Assembly (NCBI GenBank): GCA_964464035.1
Contig: CAYXEN010000007.1
Location: 868-64,867 of the forward strand
Source of the DNA: an uncultured bacterium
Lineage (GTDB): Bacteria; Krumholzibacteriota; Krumholzibacteriia; WVZY01
Length of the DNA stretch: 64,000 nt
Reading direction: 5' to 3'
A program made the translations under genes and the position numbers. Position 1 is the stretch's first letter, and every line of letters begins with the position of its first letter. Of this stretch, positions 58,671 through 64,000 are shown piece after piece. The notes below the pieces were generated by a model. It was not told the DNA's origin and made no database searches. It worked only from the letters and a program-made list of their open reading frames with translations.

Positions 58671-60299
58671 TTGATAATCCGAACCAAGCACATAGCCACC
58701 AGGCTTTTTATCCTGCTCGCCCCGTTCACGCTCGTTGCATTCGGCATCTACACCTTCATAGAAATCGGCCTGGTGAACAAGAACTTGACCGAAGTCTTGG
58801 TCAACGACGTCTACAATGCCGGCAGCGGGCTGGAACGCTCTTTCGAGAAAGAGATGGTTCACGGGAAAGGTTACGAGCTTTCGGAAATGGTCGATGATAT
58901 ATGCGAAGGGTTTTCGCTGAACGACGTGGATATCTACACGCCGAACGGCGAGCTCAAAGCTTCGACTGATTCGCTTCTTTCGACCAGGCAGCGCACCTCC
59001 GCCGAGCCACTCTGTTCCAACTGCCACGATCCGGAGATGAAACAAAAACCCATCCTCGGTGAGCGCAGGACGGTCATCGAGAAGGATGCCAAGGGGGACA
59101 AGGTTCTGAACCTCCTCTATCACGTACCCAACAAGCCCGATTGTTTCAACGCGGATTGCCACGTGCATTCCCCCGACAACAAGTTCAACGGTGTGATAGT
59201 CGTCAAAGCTTCGCTCGTGCCGATCAGGGCCATGACCGCACAAATAAGGAACAAGCTCATAATCGCGGCGATCATAATGATCACTCTCACCAGCTTCCTG
59301 GCGAGCTTTCTCATAAATAGAGTGCTCAGGCATCCCATGAAGCAACTTCTGGAAGGAGTGGAAACACTATCCTCGGGCAACCTCAAGGCGAGGATCAACC
59401 TGACGGACGAGCAGGACGACGGAAACAAGAACACGACGCTCGTCGAACGGCTGATCGCGGGAGGCAAGGAGGACGAACTGGCAAGCCTGGCCGATGCCTT
59501 CAACTCGATGAGCGCAAATCTCGAGCGAATACTATCCAGCATACGTGAGGTGAGCCTGCGCATAACGACGGCGGGCGAGGAACTGAGCGCAGCGTCCGAG
59601 CAACAGGCCCAGGAGAGCAGGATTCAGTATGCCAAGATATCCGAGTCCATAAATGCGGCCCTCAAGTTGAGCAAGCAGGCTGAAAACATCGCTGAATCGA
59701 TAAAGACAATCGAAGAATCGGCCGAGAAGACCCTCTCCGGAATGAAGGCGATGAAACACATCGTGGAAGGCTCGTCCCGCCAGATCGAGGACCTCGGCGA
59801 CGAGATGCAGAAAATCATCAAGATCGCCGAGTTGATCCACAGCATAGCCGACGAGACCAACCTCCTTGCGCTCAACGCGGCGATAGAGGCCGCCCATGCC
59901 GGTGAGCACGGTGCCGGCTTCGCCGTAGTCGCAGACGAGGTCAGGCGCCTTGCCGACAGGACGACCGACGCGGCCAGAGAGATAACGACGACGATAAGTA
60001 TCATTCACGGTGAAGTGAAAGCTACAATCCAGGACACGAACAACACCGTCAAAGAAGTGGCGGAGAAGGCCGACCTGGCCAGCAAGACTTCCTCTCTGTT
60101 CAAGCACATAAGCCAAAGCGTCAAGGAGCAGCTGGATGCGAGCAAGCACATCGAAGAAGCACTCAAGGAGGCAAACGACATAATCGAGCAATTCGCCGCC
60201 GGAGCCCAGCAGACATCCGAGGCGTCGGACGAACTCATGACTCTTGCTCTCAAACTCCAGTCTTTGTCCGAAGAATTCAAACTGGTCGAGATCCAATAG
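58671..60299 (+). CDS. methyl-accepting chemotaxis protein with periplasmic sensor domain carrying two c-type heme binding motifs
   Basis: TTG start with SD GGGAAGGA. TM1, a periplasmic region with CSNCH and CFNADCH (two CxxCH), TM2, HAMP, and an MCP signalling domain ([31 protein letters not shown]). Confidence 0.8.
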   Translation: MIIRTKHIATRLFILLAPFTLVAFGIYTFIEIGLVNKNLTEVLVNDVYNAGSGLERSFEKEMVHGKGYELSEMVDDICEGFSLNDVDIYTPNGELKASTDSLLSTRQRTSAEPLCSNCHDPEMKQKPILGERRTVIEKDAKGDKVLNLLYHVPNKPDCFNADCHVHSPDNKFNGVIVVKASLVPIRAMTAQIRNKLIIAAIIMITLTSFLASFLINRVLRHPMKQLLEGVETLSSGNLKARINLTDEQDDGNKNTTLVERLIAGGKEDELASLADAFNSMSANLERILSSIREVSLRITTAGEELSAASEQQAQESRIQYAKISESINAALKLSKQAENIAESIKTIEESAEKTLSGMKAMKHIVEGSSRQIEDLGDEMQKIIKIAELIHSIADETNLLALNAAIEAAHAGEHGAGFAVVADEVRRLADRTTDAAREITTTISIIHGEVKATIQDTNNTVKEVAEKADLASKTSSLFKHISQSVKEQLDASKHIEEALKEANDIIEQFAAGAQQTSEASDELMTLALKLQSLSEEFKLVEIQ

Positions 60300-60302
60300 G
60301 AA

Positions 60303-60345
60303 AGCGGGACTCGAAGGTCCCGCTCTCCTTGATTCTTTCTTCCGA
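60303..60345 (+). terminator. Rho-independent terminator (bidirectional candidate) between the MCP gene and hup
   Basis: Stem AGCGGGAC / GUCCCGCU with loop UCGAAG followed by a U-rich tail CUCCUUGAUUCUUUCUUCC. The reverse strand also shows a U-rich run after the hairpin. Confidence 0.5.
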
Positions 60346-60347
60346 TA

Positions 60348-60641
60348 TTACTTGCGGATCCGCTCTTTCAGAGAACGTCCTGCGCTGAAGGCAGGAAAGC
60401 GAGTTGCGGGAATCGTGATGGGTTCTCCAGTCTGCGGGTTTCTGCCTTCACGCTTCTTCCTCTTCCTGGTCTGGAAGGTTCCAAAGCCGGTTATCTGCAC
60501 CCTCCTTCCGGCGTTGAGTTCGGAAGCGATGATGCCTTCTTTCGGCACGGTGCTGAATATGACATCCACCACCGTCTTTGCGTCCTTGAGCGTGAGACCC
60601 GTCTTGCGGGCTACCTTCTCGACCAATTGCGTCTTGTTCAC
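60348..60641 (-). CDS. hup: HU-family nucleoid DNA-binding protein
   Basis: MNKTQLVEKVA…GFGTF…RNPQTGEP is the classic HU/IHF fold signature; 97 aa. Confidence 0.85.
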   Translation of the reverse strand: MNKTQLVEKVARKTGLTLKDAKTVVDVIFSTVPKEGIIASELNAGRRVQITGFGTFQTRKRKKREGRNPQTGEPITIPATRFPAFSAGRSLKERIRK

Positions 60642-60791
60642 GAGATCACCTCCTTCCTGTTCTTATCAGCACTTTAGACCACTAAAAAAAATCCTGTCAA
60701 TAGAATTTCTCGAAAAAACCGATAAGGACGGGATCTTTCGGCCCTCCAAGAAATTCACCCCCAAGGGCGCATGCGCTCCGAGGCTCCCGTA

Positions 60792-63700
60792 TCAGTAGAA
60801 CGACGGCATGCCCAGACCGGATCCCAGCCCCCTTCTCCCGGATTCCGCGTAGACTTCGGGGTGGGCCTTGATGTCGATGCGGAAATAATATTGCCATTCA
60901 CTGCCGAGTTTCTGGCGGGCGAAAGACATCTCCCAGCAATGAAGATCCCTGTACACGGTGTAGTTCTGTCCCATGAATTTCCTGCCCTCGACGTCGTAAG
61001 TCGTTGAATACGTTATCTTCCAGTTTCTAGTCAGCTGGATGCTGCCGTTCAGGTTCAGGGTGGAACGCGCAGGTCCGGCCTTGGACTTGGAATAACTGAA
61101 CGCCATCGCCACGTACCAGGGGTCACCCTTGGGTTCAGCCTCTCTTTCCGGCCCGCTCTCTTCTCTCACGGAGGTCGACCCTGAAGTGTCACGGGCCGCC
61201 ACGTTGAGTTCGCGCAGGACCTCGGATCCCGAGACTCCGAACGGGTGATGCCCGCTCAGGCTGAGCGAAGAAGTGACCTGGGTGGAGAGGAGCTCACCTT
61301 GATAGGGCTCGATGGTCTGGTTGAAAGAAACGCTGGTCCCGAACAGCTTGAGGTTGACCCTGCTCGATACGGTGCTCCATCCCTTTCTCTCGGGAGCCTT
61401 CGGGTTGTAGCTGGCGCCGAGCGACCAGATGAAGATGCTCGGAATCTTCCTCGTCCCTTCGCCTTTCTTCACCTTGATGTCGACGGCGTTGGTGAGGTTC
61501 ACGTTGAACCCCTGGGACGAGGGACGCGAGCCCACCCTGGGATTGTACGAGTACGTCACCGAGGGAGTGATCGTATGCCTTATGCCCGCAAGCGGGCCGA
61601 TATCGGGATAGAAAGTTCCATAGAAATTCGTCCTCAGCGCGGCCCCCGTCGACCAGCGGAACAGGTTGTCGGTCGTAATCGTCTTCGACGATGGAACGAA
61701 AGTCGTATCCGTCGACCCGAAGTTGTTGGTTATCTCCTCGTGCTCCGTCACCTTCCGCATCGTCCTCGTGTAGGAGTTGCTCGCGGACAGCGATGGAGAA
61801 AAATTGAGAAAAAATATCTTCCTCGGACTCGAGAAGCTGAGCCCCGAGTTCTGAGTGATGGTCTCCTTGTACTCATAGCGACGTTCCTCGGTGGTGCGAT
61901 CCATGGAAACGCGGGGCGAATAGCGGATTCCCCCGAGGAACTTTTCCCAGAAGGATTTCTTGCCGCGCTTGGTCGCCTTGCCGAAATAGAGGTTCCGCGA
62001 CGGAATCGAGAGGGAAATACTGGGGAGCGACGTGCTCACCCTGATCACGTCGGGATCCTCGACGTTCAGTTGCTGTATCCTGCGCAACGACGCGCTGAAG
62101 CCGACGGAGTTCCACGATTTCCTGAGACTCAGGCGGGATTCTATCCTTCTCTCCACTACGTTCGCCACCTGGTCGATCCTGCTTATCGCACCGGGCGCCT
62201 TGTCGCTGCTGACGAACCGGAGATCACTCTGCAAGGAGAATTTCTCGCCCAGGGTCTGCTGGTGGCGCGACGTGACCATCCACTCGTTGGCGAACGAACG
62301 AAGATCGCGATAGAAAGAGAATTGAACGTTTCCGCTCAGGCGATAACGCAACTTGTAACGGTTCTCGATCAGCATCCTCAGGGATGCGTCCTCGTTGAAG
62401 TCGGCCAGAAACTTGAAGTCGGTGTAATCGTTCGTTGCCCAGTAGTAACCGAAGTTTCTTATGTAGCGCCCCGTGGATTTCGTGATGCCGAACTCGAACT
62501 CCGGCCTGAGAATACCTGACTTGCGCCCCCGGCTGATGTTGTTGGCGAGAAAAGGGAGATAGGCTATGGGCGTATTTCCTATGTACAGCCAGATGGGACC
62601 GGATATGACCTTGTCGCGCAGGAAAACCTTCATTTCCTTGCTCGCGAAATGATAATGAGGCACCTTGAGGTCGCAGGTGGTGTATGTGGAATTCCAGACC
62701 TTCAACTGGTTGTCTCCCACTTTGGCCACGTCTTCCCCGAAATAGTAACCCTGTTGGAACTTGGTCGAACCGTCCCGTACGAGCCCGACGCCCGATTCCA
62801 GGTCGTAGTCCATCCTGCTTCCATAGAACTTGTCGGTCCCCTCGATCAGGACGGGTGAGCCCCTGGCATCGAGGAGCTGGAGGTTCGAATTGTAGGTTAT
62901 CTCCTTTCCCGTGAGGGTCCGGTTCTGGTAGTAGATCCTGGCTCCGTCCTCGAGCAGGATGTCCTTCTTGTCGGCGAGGAATTCTATCTTGTCGGCCGAA
63001 TAAGACACCTTTTCGGCGTTCTTTGCGAAAGGGATATAAGTCAAGGAACTGTCCAAGACGGTCCGAAGACTGTCGCATGTCTGGCCCTCTCTTAAGTTGA
63101 CGTACTCGTATACGCCTTCCGCATTCCCGAAGATGGCCACGTGCGAAAGGGTATCGTCGGAGAAAGTGAAGAACATCGAATCCCCCCGCACGTAGTTGCG
63201 CTCCACCTTGTTCGTTCCGACCGGGTAGTACTCGCTCGTGCTGTTGCCTTTTACGGCTATCGAATCGAGATCATTGTCGCTCAGGTACAGGGTCATGGAA
63301 TCGCCTCGGATCCAGTTCTCCCTGCCCATTACCAGGGAATCGGCTTGTTGCTCGCTGATGAGGGCGTTGCCGAGGATCCTTATCCGGTCGACTTCGCTTC
63401 CCGAATAATGGAGAACCATCTCGTCACCCTGCATGGACGCCTTGCCCTGCCTGGCGAGGGGGTGGCCGTAGAGCTCGGCGGTCTTGGTCTCGTCGAATAC
63501 AGCCGCCGAGTCGCACTGCGTCACCGTCTCCCCCTTTATTATCTTTACCCGGCCGTAGGCCGTGGCCCGCCTGGTGTCCGGGTAGAAACGCATCGTATCG
63601 CTGACGACGGTGGCGGGTTCGTCGCTCCCGGGATCAACTATGAGATGCGGATCTCGATCCACTACTCCCTCCCCCCGCTCCCTGAAGTAGAACCCGTGTT

Positions 63701-64000
63701 TTCCCGTTACAGTGAAACCCTCTTCGGAATTGGTTATTTTCACTCGGCCGAATACTTCCGCCTTCATAGATTCGCGATCGTAGTAGAGACTATCCGCTTC
63801 CAGGGTCGTGGTGGAATCGGCGGCGCGCACATCGCCAACGAGCCATAATTCCCCCGTGCGGCGATGCATGATCGCCTTCTTGCATGTGATTCTCCACCCG
63901 CGGTCGTGAATGTGGACGTTGCCTTTCAACAGGGCGATGTCCTCGATGCGTCGGTATACCCCTTCGTCTCCTTCCATTAGGAGTTTATTCTGCCTTATCT
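60792..64000 (-). CDS. lptD: LPS-assembly outer-membrane protein LptD-like (OstA N-terminal repeats plus beta-barrel), 5' end truncated by the window edge
   Basis: Repeated OstA-like beta-jellyroll segments followed by a long beta-barrel region. There is no signal peptide after the first in-window Met (63977), so the gene probably starts beyond nt 64000. Confidence 0.65.
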   Translation of the reverse strand, partial: IRQNKLLMEGDEGVYRRIEDIALLKGNVHIHDRGWRITCKKAIMHRRTGELWLVGDVRAADSTTTLEADSLYYDRESMKAEVFGRVKITNSEEGFTVTGKHGFYFRERGEGVVDRDPHLIVDPGSDEPATVVSDTMRFYPDTRRATAYGRVKIIKGETVTQCDSAAVFDETKTAELYGHPLARQGKASMQGDEMVLHYSGSEVDRIRILGNALISEQQADSLVMGRENWIRGDSMTLYLSDNDLDSIAVKGNSTSEYYPVGTNKVERNYVRGDSMFFTFSDDTLSHVAIFGNAEGVYEYVNLREGQTCDSLRTVLDSSLTYIPFAKNAEKVSYSADKIEFLADKKDILLEDGARIYYQNRTLTGKEITYNSNLQLLDARGSPVLIEGTDKFYGSRMDYDLESGVGLVRDGSTKFQQGYYFGEDVAKVGDNQLKVWNSTYTTCDLKVPHYHFASKEMKVFLRDKVISGPIWLYIGNTPIAYLPFLANNISRGRKSGILRPEFEFGITKSTGRYIRNFGYYWATNDYTDFKFLADFNEDASLRMLIENRYKLRYRLSGNVQFSFYRDLRSFANEWMVTSRHQQTLGEKFSLQSDLRFVSSDKAPGAISRIDQVANVVERRIESRLSLRKSWNSVGFSASLRRIQQLNVEDPDVIRVSTSLPSISLSIPSRNLYFGKATKRGKKSFWEKFLGGIRYSPRVSMDRTTEERRYEYKETITQNSGLSFSSPRKIFFLNFSPSLSASNSYTRTMRKVTEHEEITNNFGSTDTTFVPSSKTITTDNLFRWSTGAALRTNFYGTFYPDIGPLAGIRHTITPSVTYSYNPRVGSRPSSQGFNVNLTNAVDIKVKKGEGTRKIPSIFIWSLGASYNPKAPERKGWSTVSSRVNLKLFGTSVSFNQTIEPYQGELLSTQVTSSLSLSGHHPFGVSGSEVLRELNVAARDTSGSTSVREESGPEREAEPKGDPWYVAMAFSYSKSKAGPARSTLNLNGSIQLTRNWKITYSTTYDVEGRKFMGQNYTVYRDLHCWEMSFARQKLGSEWQYYFRIDIKAHPEVYAESGRRGLGSGLGMPSFY

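Noticed and set aside
1-64000. tRNA, rRNA, transposase or integrase genes
   Set aside because: No cloverleaf/T-loop (GTTCGAATC-like) signatures, rRNA-like stretches, inverted terminal repeats or recombinase ORFs were found on visual inspection. tRNAs cannot be fully excluded without a dedicated scan.

Overview
This is a 64 kb high-GC (about 60 %) bacterial chromosomal segment with dense, mostly non-overlapping coding. It has no rRNA or CRISPR array, no tRNA could be spotted by eye, and no obvious mobile element. Two secreted proteases end in near-identical C-terminal segments (…SGIYxxRLxxxxxxxxxKLVLLK/R) that look like type IX secretion sorting domains, and several in-frame TGA codons lie in genes that only make sense if read through. 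From this I infer an organism from the FCB-group or a related candidate phylum that decodes UGA as selenocysteine. In order, the window holds a PilX-like giant minor-pilin/adhesin gene, an exopolysaccharide-type locus on the minus strand (four GT4 glycosyltransferases, a polysaccharide deacetylase, and a PF14907-nucleotidyltransferase/Tmk-like kinase fusion), then queF, pcm, a Crp/Fnr regulator, a DUF362-ferredoxin protein and MscS. These are followed by the sdhCDAB operon, thyX, a four-gene operon (FAD oxidoreductase, RlmN-like radical SAM, isochorismatase-like hydrolase, macrodomain), and a MrfA/MrfB-like helicase-exonuclease pair. Next come a Zn-ribbon/radical-SAM protein, M14 and M23 peptidases, selD carrying an in-frame TGA at the catalytic Cys17 position, cheD-cheR, a TusA-like protein, and a PPC-domain protein. 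A secreted M16 peptidase sits next to a PF14907-like protein and a heterodimeric ABC exporter. The remainder holds HD and TPR proteins, a REC-HisKA protein, a CBS/CGL reverse-transsulfuration pair, a T9SS-tagged HExxH metalloprotease, a methyl-accepting chemotaxis protein whose periplasmic domain has two CxxCH heme motifs, hup, and a truncated lptD. The most novel candidate is a lipoprotein (57006..58403, minus strand). It fuses a degenerate metallophosphoesterase-like domain to a tetraheme cytochrome c and has an in-frame TGA in a C-G-U motif between its only signal peptide and the heme domain, which makes it a candidate new selenoprotein family.
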